Shown: in pieces, positions 35,220-43,845 of the stretch
Layout of the letters: each line of letters begins with the position of its first letter
How positions within the stretch are numbered: position 1 is the stretch's first letter
DNA from: a virus
Lineage: Duplodnaviria > Caudoviricetes
Virus record (IMG/VR): IMGVR_UViG_3300017646_000183
Span: 1 to 46,705 of that record
Strand: one strand, 5' to 3'
DNA: 46,705 bases
Made by a program: the position numbers and the translations under genes
Notes under the pieces: generated by a model
What the model was told of the DNA's origin: nothing
Databases searched by the model: none
Seen by the model: only the letters and a program-made list of their open reading frames with translations

Positions 35220-36211
35220 CAGTCCGTCACCGCCTGCTCAGCACGGATCCGCTCCCACTCCTCCGCAGACGGCGCCGCCGGATCGGCCGACTCCGGCGAC
35301 TCATCGTCCGGTGCGTCGTGCTCGTACTGCTCCGCCGGCTTGACCGGGCTCGGCTCCTCCGGACCGAACAGCGCCACATCACGGTCATTGCCGGCCTCGG
35401 TCGCCGCGTCGTCCACGATCTCGGCGTCGACCGGCTCGCGGTCCAACACGCCAGCTCGCGCAAGCCACTTCGCCCGCAGCTTGTCCGTGCTCTCGCCCTT
35501 CTCCCGGATCCGCGTAGCGATCTCATCGAGCGCCGCACGCGACGTGGCCGCCGCGATCAGGTCCTCCCACGGCTCCGTCGACACAGGGTCGGGCTCGTCC
35601 GCCTGGATCGGAATGCCGCCGTCCGTCAGCTCCTCCGTTGCGTACATGCCGAGCGTCACATCCGAGAACCCGAACCGCGAGACCTCCCCGATCGCCCGCC
35701 ACACCGGCATGACCTCGGCGTACGTCTCCCACGGCTTCGGGTTGCCCTTCTCACTGCGCGCGCGGACTTCCCACACGCCCTGCGCGTTCGGCTCGTACGA
35801 GTTCACGAGACCCGCGCGGATCGCTCGCGGGATATCCCACGTCGAATCGAACGACTCACCGGTCTCCGTGATCGTGCCGACAACGGTCACCGAGTAGTCC
35901 CCGGTGGGGATCGACCCAGACTTCTTGATCTCCAGACGGTTGCCCGCCTTGCGGATCAACGCGGCGATGAGGCGGGCCGAAAGCGTCGCGCGGCCCTCGA
36001 CCACGTCGATCGACTGCAACGCGGCCATCGGGTGCAGGCCAAGCATCGCCCCGGTCTCCATGACGAGCAGGATCTTCGGCGCCGACGGCTGGCCCGTCTT
36101 CGGGTCCATCAGCCCCTTGGGGATGAGCTGTCCCGCCGCGGCGAGCGTGTTCGCGTAGTGGATGCGGTCGTTCAGCGATGCCGACGAGTAGGCGACGACG
36201 TCAGTGCTCAC
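35219..36211 (-). CDS. RecT-like single-strand annealing protein
   Basis: LIPKGL...GAMLGLHPMAALQSIDVVEGR...RAIRAGL...W..Y.EVM...LGMYATEEL. Confidence 0.85.
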   Translation of the reverse strand: MSTDVVAYSSASLNDRIHYANTLAAAGQLIPKGLMDPKTGQPSAPKILLVMETGAMLGLHPMAALQSIDVVEGRATLSARLIAALIRKAGNRLEIKKSGSIPTGDYSVTVVGTITETGESFDSTWDIPRAIRAGLVNSYEPNAQGVWEVRARSEKGNPKPWETYAEVMPVWRAIGEVSRFGFSDVTLGMYATEELTDGGIPIQADEPDPVSTEPWEDLIAAATSRAALDEIATRIREKGESTDKLRAKWLARAGVLDREPVDAEIVDDAATEAGNDRDVALFGPEEPSPVKPAEQYEHDAPDDESPESADPAAPSAEEWERIRAEQAVTD

Positions 36212-36828
36212 AGGAAGGCTCCATCTTCGATAGCGCGGACCCGTCGAAGGGCCGCGAGGACGTCGTGCGCGATCGGCACGATGAGCGCGAGCGCGGCCAC
36301 CATCAGCGGGTGGTCGCGCGGGTAGACGAGGGTCAGCGGATCGCGACGCAGACGCCACCCCTCGAGCGGATCCCGGATCAGCTCGCCCCACACGTACCGC
36401 ACCTCGACCGCCTCCGGGATGCAGAAGAGCTGCCACGCCATCTGACGGATTTCGCGCGGCGTCGGCCCGGCAACGACTTTGTTGTGCTTCGACTTCGTCT
36501 CGACGATCCCGAACGAGGCGCCCTGCGAGGTCGTGCCGTCGACGGTCGCGGCGAACTGATGCTCGTCAGGGTGGTGGATCAGCAGCGAGTTCGGCTCGGC
36601 GCCGGCCCAGGCCAGCAGGAGCGGCTCCCATCGCCGACCAGATTCGGTCGAAGCGTTCCCGTCCCAGTCGTGGGACGAGATGATCTGCCGAAGGTACGTC
36701 TCCACCGACTCCGGCTTCGCGAACGCACCCGCCTGGTACGACCCGATCACGTCCGCGTGCGCCGCCTGCCACGCCGCCTCATCCGACATGTCCGCGAGGG
36801 TCCGGCCAAGGACCTCGAGCGCGCTCAC
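36208..36828 (-). CDS. YqaJ / RecE-like exonuclease
   Basis: IGSY, GRRWEP, AATVDG, VETKS, QMAWQL. Confidence 0.85.
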   Translation of the reverse strand: MSALEVLGRTLADMSDEAAWQAAHADVIGSYQAGAFAKPESVETYLRQIISSHDWDGNASTESGRRWEPLLLAWAGAEPNSLLIHHPDEHQFAATVDGTTSQGASFGIVETKSKHNKVVAGPTPREIRQMAWQLFCIPEAVEVRYVWGELIRDPLEGWRLRRDPLTLVYPRDHPLMVAALALIVPIAHDVLAALRRVRAIEDGAFL

Positions 36829-37175
36829 GACTCCTCCCCAAGGATCGAGCGGGCAAGCGCGATCACATGCTCGTCGGGTATGACTTCGAGGCCAGTCACG
36901 AATGGGGTGGTGAGGAACTCCCACTCGTTGCGGAGTATCGCGAGCTGCGCGTCGATGGTCGCGTGGAGACCGAGCACCAGATCGCGAAGCTCGCGGCGAT
37001 GCGTGGCGAGAACGACCTCCACCTGCATGTCGCCGTCCCACTCGCCGATCAGATGCTCGTCGACGCCGAACGCGACTCCGTCGCGGCGCTCGTAGCCGCG
37101 CCAGTCGAACGCGCGAGCGTCATCCCGCAGCCCCTCGAGCTTGTCGATTGCACGGCGAAGCAGATCGGCGGTCAT
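36825..37175 (-). CDS. Hypothetical protein
   Basis: LLRRAIDKL...ALARSILG pattern. Confidence 0.6.
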   Translation of the reverse strand: MTADLLRRAIDKLEGLRDDARAFDWRGYERRDGVAFGVDEHLIGEWDGDMQVEVVLATHRRELRDLVLGLHATIDAQLAILRNEWEFLTTPFVTGLEVIPDEHVIALARSILGEES

Positions 37176-37312
37176 CGCTTCGTCCGTCCGACGAACCGGT
37201 CCCGACGCGACCGATGGTTGATGAGCTTCGCGTACTTGTACCCCGTCAGCCGCAGACCCAGGCGGATGAGCCCGTCCCCGACGCGGCCCACGAACCGAGA
37301 CAGGCGGCTCAC
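37172..37312 (-). CDS. Small basic protein
   Basis: GTGA and ATGA overlaps. Confidence 0.45.
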   Translation of the reverse strand: MSRLSRFVGRVGDGLIRLGLRLTGYKYAKLINHRSRRDRFVGRTKR

Positions 37313-37437
37313 CGGATCTCCCCGACCGCCACGTCGACCACGACCAGCGCGGTGAGGATCACCAAGGTCGCCGCGACCACGCACAGCATCACGAGGAACT
37401 TCGGCATCGGCGCCTTCGGAGGCCCCACATGACTCAC
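37309..37437 (-). CDS. Small membrane protein (42 aa)
   Basis: FLVMLCVVAATLVILTALVVV; GTGA overlaps. Confidence 0.5.
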   Translation of the reverse strand: MSHVGPPKAPMPKFLVMLCVVAATLVILTALVVVDVAVGEIR

Positions 37438-37646
37438 CGGTGCTCACCGTCCTCGATCACGTTCCGGAACCCAGTCCGAACCCGCGCACCCGACTCCCGA
37501 TCCACCGCGTACAGACGCGGCGCCAGAAACCCGAACCACTGACGCGCATCCAGACCATGACGCCGACGCTTCTGCTCAACCGCGGCGAGCGCACGGCGAC
37601 GCTCCCTACGCGCCGGCACGGCCACGGCCACCTGACGGCCCTCCAT
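37434..37646 (-). CDS. Small basic hypothetical protein
   Basis: TGATG overlap. Confidence 0.5.
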   Translation of the reverse strand: MEGRQVAVAVPARRERRRALAAVEQKRRRHGLDARQWFGFLAPRLYAVDRESGARVRTGFRNVIEDGEHR

Positions 37647-38260
37647 CACAGCTCCCTCGTCCAAAACTCGGCGTCCGTCGCCGGCGACAGCTCAAGCCCG
37701 AAGTCCGGCGGGAACTCCGTGACCATCCGCTCGAAATCCGAGAACACCGGCACGTCCGGGTAGTTCCGCTTCACCCGACGCGCCGAAGCCACCGACAGGT
37801 GCTCCTCGCCGACGCGGAGCGTCAACGCGACGATCCGCGCCTTCATCGCACGGAACCCCCGCGTCCCGATCAGGACCTCCCCATAGCCCTGCACGACCGC
37901 CGACACGGTCAAGTCCTCGCGGTAGTCGTCCGACCCATCGAAGTAGGCGTAGAACCCGTGATCGCACGACGCCAGATCATGAGGACCATCCGGCGAAGCC
38001 AGAAGATCGCGCCTGTACCTCCCAGGGATCGAAGGAACCGGGCCCCCTCCGAGCATAGAAATGAGGTACGCGTCGGCCAGATTCCCGATCAACGCACGGT
38101 CAACGGCGACGCGGCGACACTCCGCCACGTTCTCGTCCGGCACCCACACCTGCGGGTACCTCACCCCGGTCAAGCGCCCAAGGCGATCCACACTGAACGA
38201 CCGCACCCCGGTCACCACACCAGCCGAAAACTCCCGACCCGAGAACTCCGCCGCGCTCAT
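37646..38260 (-). CDS. Conserved hypothetical protein, possible ADP-ribosyltransferase-like fold
   Basis: GVRSF...W...AEC...CDHGFYA...GYGEV..GTRGFRAMKARI; the CDS is solid, the function is inferred. Confidence 0.6.
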   Translation of the reverse strand: MSAAEFSGREFSAGVVTGVRSFSVDRLGRLTGVRYPQVWVPDENVAECRRVAVDRALIGNLADAYLISMLGGGPVPSIPGRYRRDLLASPDGPHDLASCDHGFYAYFDGSDDYREDLTVSAVVQGYGEVLIGTRGFRAMKARIVALTLRVGEEHLSVASARRVKRNYPDVPVFSDFERMVTEFPPDFGLELSPATDAEFWTREL

Positions 38261-38370
38261 GCCGGCACCACCTCAGGCTCCGGCACCGTCACCGGCTCAG
38301 CCGGCACCGTCAACGGCGTCTCAATCGGCTCCAACTCGATATGACGCAGCGGCTCACCCACATCGCCCAT
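38257..38370 (-). CDS. 37-aa Pro/Glu-rich peptide
   Basis: MGDVGEPLRHIELEPIETPLTVPAEPVTVPEPEVVPA; TGATG overlap upstream and ATGA overlap downstream. Confidence 0.65.
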   Translation of the reverse strand: MGDVGEPLRHIELEPIETPLTVPAEPVTVPEPEVVPA

Positions 38371-39263
38371 CACTTGACCTCCGTGACCTTGCCGTCGATC
38401 AACTCGTAGAAGACGTCCGCCTTGACTCGCTTCCCGTCCACGCGCACCGTCTTCATTCCGACGATCCGGGCGTTGTCGTCGCGCTCAGTCAGCACGAGCC
38501 AGTCGCCCTCGGAACCGGCCGCGGACCCCTTGTACCCCGTCGCGATGGCGACGGCCTCGGGGCCGTCCCCATCGCTCCGACTGACGCGGCTGGTCCCGAA
38601 GTTGCCGGTGTTCAGCGAAGCCGAGCGGTCCCCGGTCGCAGAGGAAGCCGAGCGGTACCCGGTCGCAGAGGAAGCCGAGCGGTACCCGGTCGCAGAGGAA
38701 GCCGAGCGGTCCCCGGTCGCAGAGGAAGCCGACTGGTACCCGGTCGCAGAGGAAGCCGAGCGGTCCCCGGTCGCAGAGGAAGCCGACTGGTACCCGGTCG
38801 CAGAGGAAGCCGAGCGGTACCCGGTCGCAGAGGAAGCCGAGCGGTCCCCGGTCGCAGAGGAAGCCGAGCGGTACCCGGTCGCAGAGGAAGCCGAGCGGTC
38901 GTCCTCGACATGCTTCGAGCCCTTCTTGAGCGTCTGCGACAGCACGAGCTCGATGTGGGCCTTCACGATCCCCGGAATGCTGACCGCCGCGCCGACGGTG
39001 ATCTTGCGGCCAGCGACCTTCGAGTCACCCTGCCGCTTCGGGTCGACACCCTCGAGCTGCACCTCGTGGTACACGGATTCGCCCGGCGGGTAGTAGCTGA
39101 ACGCGTCCAGCGGCCACGTGACCGCGTGGAAGCCCGAACTGCACAATCGCGCGGGTTCAGCCTGCTCGTAGGTCTGGTCGAGTTCGTACTTGAACCCGCG
39201 GCACGTGAGGTCCTTCGTGAACCCCTTGAACGCGGCCAAGGGGCCGGTCTTGTTCTCGCTCAT
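38370..39263 (-). CDS. DUF7666-like domain protein with 9-aa SASSATG repeats
   Basis: FKGFTKDLTCRGFKYE...LCSSGFHA...PLDAFSYY; repeats; VDGKRVKADVFYEL end. Confidence 0.8.
   Translation of the reverse strand: MSENKTGPLAAFKGFTKDLTCRGFKYELDQTYEQAEPARLCSSGFHAVTWPLDAFSYYPPGESVYHEVQLEGVDPKRQGDSKVAGRKITVGAAVSIPGIVKAHIELVLSQTLKKGSKHVEDDRSASSATGYRSASSATGDRSASSATGYRSASSATGYQSASSATGDRSASSATGYQSASSATGDRSASSATGYRSASSATGYRSASSATGDRSASLNTGNFGTSRVSRSDGDGPEAVAIATGYKGSAAGSEGDWLVLTERDDNARIVGMKTVRVDGKRVKADVFYELIDGKVTEVK
38617..38900. repeat. 27-bp coding tandem repeat, about 10.5 copies
   Basis: GAAGCCGA(G/C)(C/T)GGT(C/A)CCCGGTCGCAGAG; encodes (D/Y)(R/Q)SASSATG. Confidence 0.97.
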
Positions 39264-39643
39264 TCGTGAGCGCCTTCCTTGAGGGCCGTTTCGAAGACGG
39301 CGGGCAGTGTGACGTTGGATGGGGCACCGCGGAACCACGGCGCGACATGGTTGGGGGAGTAGCCGGCGATACCGCAGCCGACGGGGGTGACGAGGAACGT
39401 CAGGTCAGGGCGGGTGGCGGCGTACCTGAGGAACCGGGCGACGGCGCGGCGGAACGCGTCCGGGCCTTCCATCGTGGGGAGGGCGTAGGAGTCACCGTGG
39501 AGGCCTTCGCCTTCACCCCAGATGGCGCCGAACTTCTCGTGCGCGACTCGGGCTGCACCGCCAGCGTGGAGACCCTGCGCGTTGCTGCCGAACACGAACA
39601 CCTGGCCGGGCTCGAGCGACTCGATGATCTCGGGGGTGCTCAC
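39260..39643 (-). CDS. Macrodomain-like phage protein (A1S_2505-like)
   Basis: VFVFGSNAQGLHAGGAA and VTPVGCGIAG match the two Gly-rich macrodomain loops. Confidence 0.78.
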   Translation of the reverse strand: MSTPEIIESLEPGQVFVFGSNAQGLHAGGAARVAHEKFGAIWGEGEGLHGDSYALPTMEGPDAFRRAVARFLRYAATRPDLTFLVTPVGCGIAGYSPNHVAPWFRGAPSNVTLPAVFETALKEGAHE

Positions 39644-40230
39644 TGGTCCGCCTCCGGGTAGATGCGGCGGCCGTCGGTGATGAGCGTGGCTTCTGGCCCG
39701 AGCTTTATCGCGCCGAGGTTCTTCGTCGGCAGGAACATCGTCCGGATGCCGTTGACTCCCTCCCGGCACTTGACGGCGACATACTCGTCGGTGATGCCGC
39801 CGACGGTCAGTTCCCACAGCTCGCCCGGCTTGGGGTTGGTCCACGGCTTCGGCTCGGGGTGGGCAGCGAAGTAGGCGCGTGCGGCGGCATCCAACTCAGC
39901 CCGGCCGGAACCCGACTCTTGAGCCTCGTCGCGCCAGACGACGATGCAGGTCGATTCCTGCATGACCATCACGACGCGACGAGGGATCGACTTCGCCTGC
40001 TTGAGGACAACGATGATGTCCGGGTTCTCCGGCCACCGCCACCGCCCCAGTTCTTCGTCGCGCTCGTGCTGAAAGAACTCGCGGAGAGCGGCGAGCTCGT
40101 CGTTCGTGCAGTAGTCGTGACCGTCAAGGACGTTGTGTCCGCTCGGGAAGTGCACCGTCAGCCGTCCGAGTCCTGCCGTCGGGTCGTATCGGACCACGTA
40201 GCCGTTCGACGCGGTGAACTCGCGCTTCAT
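39640..40230 (-). CDS. Hypothetical protein
   Basis: ALREFFQHERDEELGRWRWPENP...AARAYFAAHPEPKPW. Confidence 0.7.
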   Translation of the reverse strand: MKREFTASNGYVVRYDPTAGLGRLTVHFPSGHNVLDGHDYCTNDELAALREFFQHERDEELGRWRWPENPDIIVVLKQAKSIPRRVVMVMQESTCIVVWRDEAQESGSGRAELDAAARAYFAAHPEPKPWTNPKPGELWELTVGGITDEYVAVKCREGVNGIRTMFLPTKNLGAIKLGPEATLITDGRRIYPEADQ

Positions 40231-41447
40231 GCGGACACGGCCTCGGCGAGGACACCGTCGACGATGGTGAAACCGATCTGCCGGGACTCGTCCCGATCAC
40301 GCTCCACCAGGACCGTGTAGTCCCGGTCGTCCGCGAGCGCCCGGATCGCGTCGAGCGAGTCCGCGTCGAGGAGGTCCCCGTCCTTGACGATGACGAGCTT
40401 GAGCTTCGGGTCGCCGGCCGTCGCGATCGCGAACGCGACCTGCTTCCTCGCCGCGGTGTTCACCTGGCTGAACGGGACCCCGTTGAACGTGATCCCGGTG
40501 TCATCCACCGACAGGCCCGGAACCGGGAACACGGCCTCGGCGAGACCGGCACGCTTCCGCTGGTCGACCGCGTCGAGCTCGGCCTGCGCCGCCGCGTGCG
40601 CCTGCTCTGCGGCCGCGAGCGCGTCAGCGACCTTCCCGTACTCGCGAGCCGACCGGACGGCCGCGTTCGTGTCCTCGACCGACGCGAGGCGCGCGCGGAT
40701 CCCGTCCACGTCGATCGGCGTCTCGGCAGCGCCGCGCTGCGCCGCGGCGAGACTCTCCCGCGCCGTCTCGAGCTCACGCTCGAGCTCGGCGACGCGACCG
40801 GTCAGGAGGTTCACGTGGGCCTGCGACGTCTCGATGCTCCGGTTGTGATCCTCCGCCGCGCGCAGCTCGTCGATGATCGACTGCGCCGACACCTCCTCGT
40901 CGGGAGTGTCAGGCGCCGGCTTCGGCAGGACCGCGAGCGCCCCCTGCAGCCGCTTCACCTCACGGCCCTGGTCGAGACGACGCGCCTCCGCGCCGGCCTT
41001 CTCCCGCTCGAGCTCGTCGAGGTCGAACGGGAGGTCGACCTTCGCCAGGAGCGCGTCGCGCTGCTTGCGCTCGTCGAGGTTCAGGAACGCGACCGGGTCG
41101 AATATCAGGCCGCCCGTGAGCGAGGCGACCATGTCGGACGGCTTGGAGTACTTCGCGCCGTCCAGTGCGAACACCTCGAGCTTGCCGGCGTCGTTCTGCT
41201 TCCAGGTGCGGACGATCCGCGCGCCGAGGTCGGTGTCCGTGAACTCCGCCCGGGCCTCCGACTCGCCCTCGCGGATCGGCATCGGCGTGAGCCGGGTGCC
41301 CTTCGGGTCGAACAGCTCCACGAACGCGTCGATGAAGCTGGACTTGCCGGCGCCGTTGGCTCCGGCGATGACGACGAGGGATCCGCTCGGGGTGAGGGTG
41401 ATTTCGCGCACCCCCTTGTACCCGGCGACCGTGAAGGTCTTGGTCAT
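40227..41447 (-). CDS. SMC/RecF-like AAA ATPase with coiled coil
   Basis: GANGAGKSS Walker A; long coiled coil; VPFSQVNTA; DGDLLD. Confidence 0.88.
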   Translation of the reverse strand: MTKTFTVAGYKGVREITLTPSGSLVVIAGANGAGKSSFIDAFVELFDPKGTRLTPMPIREGESEARAEFTDTDLGARIVRTWKQNDAGKLEVFALDGAKYSKPSDMVASLTGGLIFDPVAFLNLDERKQRDALLAKVDLPFDLDELEREKAGAEARRLDQGREVKRLQGALAVLPKPAPDTPDEEVSAQSIIDELRAAEDHNRSIETSQAHVNLLTGRVAELERELETARESLAAAQRGAAETPIDVDGIRARLASVEDTNAAVRSAREYGKVADALAAAEQAHAAAQAELDAVDQRKRAGLAEAVFPVPGLSVDDTGITFNGVPFSQVNTAARKQVAFAIATAGDPKLKLVIVKDGDLLDADSLDAIRALADDRDYTVLVERDRDESRQIGFTIVDGVLAEAVSA

Positions 41448-41473
41448 GCTGTTCCCCTTGCTTTCTGTCGTGG

Positions 41474-41554
41474 TCAGTGGAAGATGACGATGGTCAGGAG
41501 GCCCGCCGCGGAGTACGCGAGCAGGCAGATCGTGATGCGGAGCCGCGCGGTCAC
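41474..41554 (-). CDS. Very small membrane peptide
   Basis: ITICLLAYSAAGLLTIVIF; GTGA overlap. Confidence 0.4.
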   Translation of the reverse strand: MTARLRITICLLAYSAAGLLTIVIFH

Positions 41555-42018
41555 AGGGCGACTCCGAGCTCGCTGCGGATCGTTGTCTCGACTTGGTCGA
41601 GTTGGGTGGCCGCGAGCGCGAGGATGCGCTTCAACTCGGCGAGGTCGTCCAGCACCGTGTTGGGCGTCACGTCGGGGCGGAGCTTGGTGGGGGACTCCCA
41701 CGCCGCGTAGACGGCGTCGACGAGGTCACGGTCGGACTCGAAGTAGAACGCGACCGGGGTGTACTCGCCGCGGATGAGGTCGAGCGCCTGGATCGGGCCG
41801 AAGCCGTGCCGGGTGACGTACGCGTGCTTCACCGCAACACCGAAGGGTCCGATCGCCCGGGCGAGCGCCGGCCCTTCGTAGCCGGCCTGCGCCAGATAAT
41901 CCACGAGGTTCAGGCGGGACAGTCCCGCCTTGCGGATCAGGTCCGTCGCCGCCCGCGCCGACTCGAACGCCGGGAGCGCGTCGAGCGCGTCGCGGACCTC
42001 GCGCAGTTCACCGGCCAT
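41551..42018 (-). CDS. Hypothetical protein (antirepressor C-terminal-like)
   Basis: DYL...FGVAVKHAY...Y.ESDRDL. Confidence 0.6.
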   Translation of the reverse strand: MAGELREVRDALDALPAFESARAATDLIRKAGLSRLNLVDYLAQAGYEGPALARAIGPFGVAVKHAYVTRHGFGPIQALDLIRGEYTPVAFYFESDRDLVDAVYAAWESPTKLRPDVTPNTVLDDLAELKRILALAATQLDQVETTIRSELGVAL

Positions 42019-42091
42019 GACGCACCCACCACGGGGAAGTCAGGACGGCCAGGGTCACCAGGACGATGCCGAGGATCTGGAAGCTATCCAC
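42008..42091 (-). CDS. Very small membrane peptide (27 aa)
   Basis: MDSFQILGIVLVTLAVLTSPWWVRHGR. Confidence 0.4.
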   Translation of the reverse strand: MDSFQILGIVLVTLAVLTSPWWVRHGR

Positions 42092-42341
42092 GTCGGCTCA
42101 CCCGCCAGCCGTGGTCCTTGACGTAGTTCACGGTCTCGCCGTGCACCTCGACGACGAACGCGGTCTCGGTCTCCCCGTGGAGTGGGGCGATGACGAACTC
42201 GAAGTCGAAGTCGTCCGCATCCGGACCGGTGTCGAACGTGCGCATCAGCTCGATCCAGCCGGGACGGAGCCTCGCCGGGGCGGGGTGGCCGGGGCCGACC
42301 AGGTACCCGGTCGTGTGCAGGGTGCTCACGGTCGCGGTCAT
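42084..42341 (-). CDS. Hypothetical protein
   Basis: TGATG overlap. Confidence 0.55.
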   Translation of the reverse strand: MTATVSTLHTTGYLVGPGHPAPARLRPGWIELMRTFDTGPDADDFDFEFVIAPLHGETETAFVVEVHGETVNYVKDHGWRVSRRG

Positions 42342-42616
42342 CACGCGACCGCTCTCATGGTGGGGACGTCCGGGCGAAGGGCGGGGGAACGATTTTCGTT
42401 CGAGACCGAGCTGTCGTTCAGCAGGCCCCCGGACGGTGCCGACGCTTCGGGTGCGTCGGACGAGTGGAAGTTCAGGTGGTCGACGTGCTCGTGCCCGTTC
42501 TCGCATTCCCACACCTGCTGGGCGTAGTCACGCGACGACAGGACGGTCACGACGGCCTCGGCGCCGCAGGTGTAGCAGTGACGCGCGGCGTCGAAGGACA
42601 GCGGCAAGAGCGTCAC
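42341..42616 (-). CDS. Small Zn-ribbon protein
   Basis: CYTCG...WECENGH. Confidence 0.5.
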   Translation of the reverse strand: MTLLPLSFDAARHCYTCGAEAVVTVLSSRDYAQQVWECENGHEHVDHLNFHSSDAPEASAPSGGLLNDSSVSNENRSPALRPDVPTMRAVA

Positions 42617-42662
42617 GATGCAACCGCCTCGGACGGGGACGGGTCCGTGCGGAGCGGGACAG

Positions 42663-43112
42663 TCATGAGCGGTGCCTCGCTCGTCCCTCACCGGAGTGCT
42701 CACGCGACGCCGGCACTTCCGTCATCATCCGTTCCCAGCGGCGACGCTGAGTCTCTGACTCCATGACGCGGGCCTCGAACTTGCGGAGACGCACGTCTTC
42801 CACACGCTCCGCCTCCGCCTGCTCACGCTCCGTGAGAATGCGTTCGATCGCCTTGTCGTGAGCAATCCGCTCACGCTCGGCCGCCGCGTTACGCTTCGGC
42901 GCCTTCGAGCCCTTCCGCTTGCCCGTGTCCTCCTTGATCCCACAGCGCCGCTTTGCCTCGCGGATCAGGTGGAGGACGGTGTGATCGCCGCCCGTCGCCG
43001 AACAACGGAGCATGTGGTCCCCGCGCTGGAAGATCACGACGTGGCCCTTGCCCGCCCGCTCCGAGTACCCGAGCGGCGTCAACTCAGCGCGCATGAGGTC
43101 CAGCCCCTTCAC
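42663..43112 (-). CDS. Basic hypothetical protein
   Basis: 149-aa ORF, coiled-coil C-terminus. Confidence 0.55.
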   Translation of the reverse strand: MKGLDLMRAELTPLGYSERAGKGHVVIFQRGDHMLRCSATGGDHTVLHLIREAKRRCGIKEDTGKRKGSKAPKRNAAAERERIAHDKAIERILTEREQAEAERVEDVRLRKFEARVMESETQRRRWERMMTEVPASREHSGEGRARHRS

Positions 43113-43443
43113 CGGACACCCCCCCCCGTCGCATGAGATTGCGTACGGCGGTCTCCCCGGTCGGGTCGGCGTACGAGAGGATGTAGCGCAGGTCCGCGCG
43201 CTCAGCGATCGCCCGACGCTGCTGTTCGTTCAGCCCGACACGGGCGACGAGGTACACGCCGAACGGCATGCCCTCGATCGCGGAACGGCGGAAGTCATGG
43301 ATCGTGCGCGTCAGCCACGACGCCGAACGATCGATCCCGACCGCGCTGAGGATCATCGACGCCTCAGTGAAGAGGCTGTCCTGCTGGTGGGGGACTCGGC
43401 GCTCGTGGTTCCGCCGCTCGCTGGGGGCCGTGATCGCTGTCAC
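43084..43443 (-). CDS. Hypothetical protein with DPTGETAVRN motif
   Basis: SYADPTGETAVRNL motif recognised from actinophage early genes. Confidence 0.65.
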   Translation of the reverse strand: MTAITAPSERRNHERRVPHQQDSLFTEASMILSAVGIDRSASWLTRTIHDFRRSAIEGMPFGVYLVARVGLNEQQRRAIAERADLRYILSYADPTGETAVRNLMRRGGVSGEGAGPHAR

Positions 43444-43480
43444 CCCGATCTCCGGGCACGACGTCGCCCAACGGCGCGGA

Positions 43481-43597
43481 TCACGCCGCCACCTGCCCAG
43501 ATTCGGCGTCCTGGCGAGCGAGTTCCTCGGCGGCCTCGACCAAGATGCGCACCCCGGCAACGAGGCGCTCGTCGGGGGTGAGTTCGCGGGGCTCCAT
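43481..43597 (-). CDS. Small hypothetical protein (38 aa)
   Basis: TGATG overlap with cro. Confidence 0.5.
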   Translation of the reverse strand: MEPRELTPDERLVAGVRILVEAAEELARQDAESGQVAA

Positions 43598-43845
43598 CAC
43601 GCCGCCGCCTTCGCCTTGTTCGCGACGGCGAACACTCGATTGAGGTTCGCCTGCGGGAACGCGATCTTGACCTTCGCGATGAATGCGGCTGACGGAGCGC
43701 TCTCGCCGCTCGACACGCGCCAGAGCGTCGACTCGTCGACGCCGATTCGCGACGCGAGCGCCTTCTCGGTCAGATCGTGGAGCTTGTCGAGCTCGACGCG
43801 GTCGAGGATGAGAGTCGGGTTGTACGCGCCCACCTTGGCTTGCAT
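43597..43845 (-). CDS. Cro-like XRE HTH protein
   Basis: LTEKALASRIGVDESTLWRVSSGESAPS; divergent from the repressor. Confidence 0.88.
   Translation of the reverse strand: MQAKVGAYNPTLILDRVELDKLHDLTEKALASRIGVDESTLWRVSSGESAPSAAFIAKVKIAFPQANLNRVFAVANKAKAAA

Noticed and set aside
14228-36436. Long N-terminal extensions in the ORF track (e.g. 14228..15325, 20075..21070, 22142..22900, 35219..36436)
   Set aside because: They overlap better-supported upstream genes; starts were reset using RBS and stop/start overlaps
38617-38900. Possible CRISPR array
   Set aside because: Repeats are head-to-tail with no unique spacers, are in frame within a CDS, and no cas genes are present
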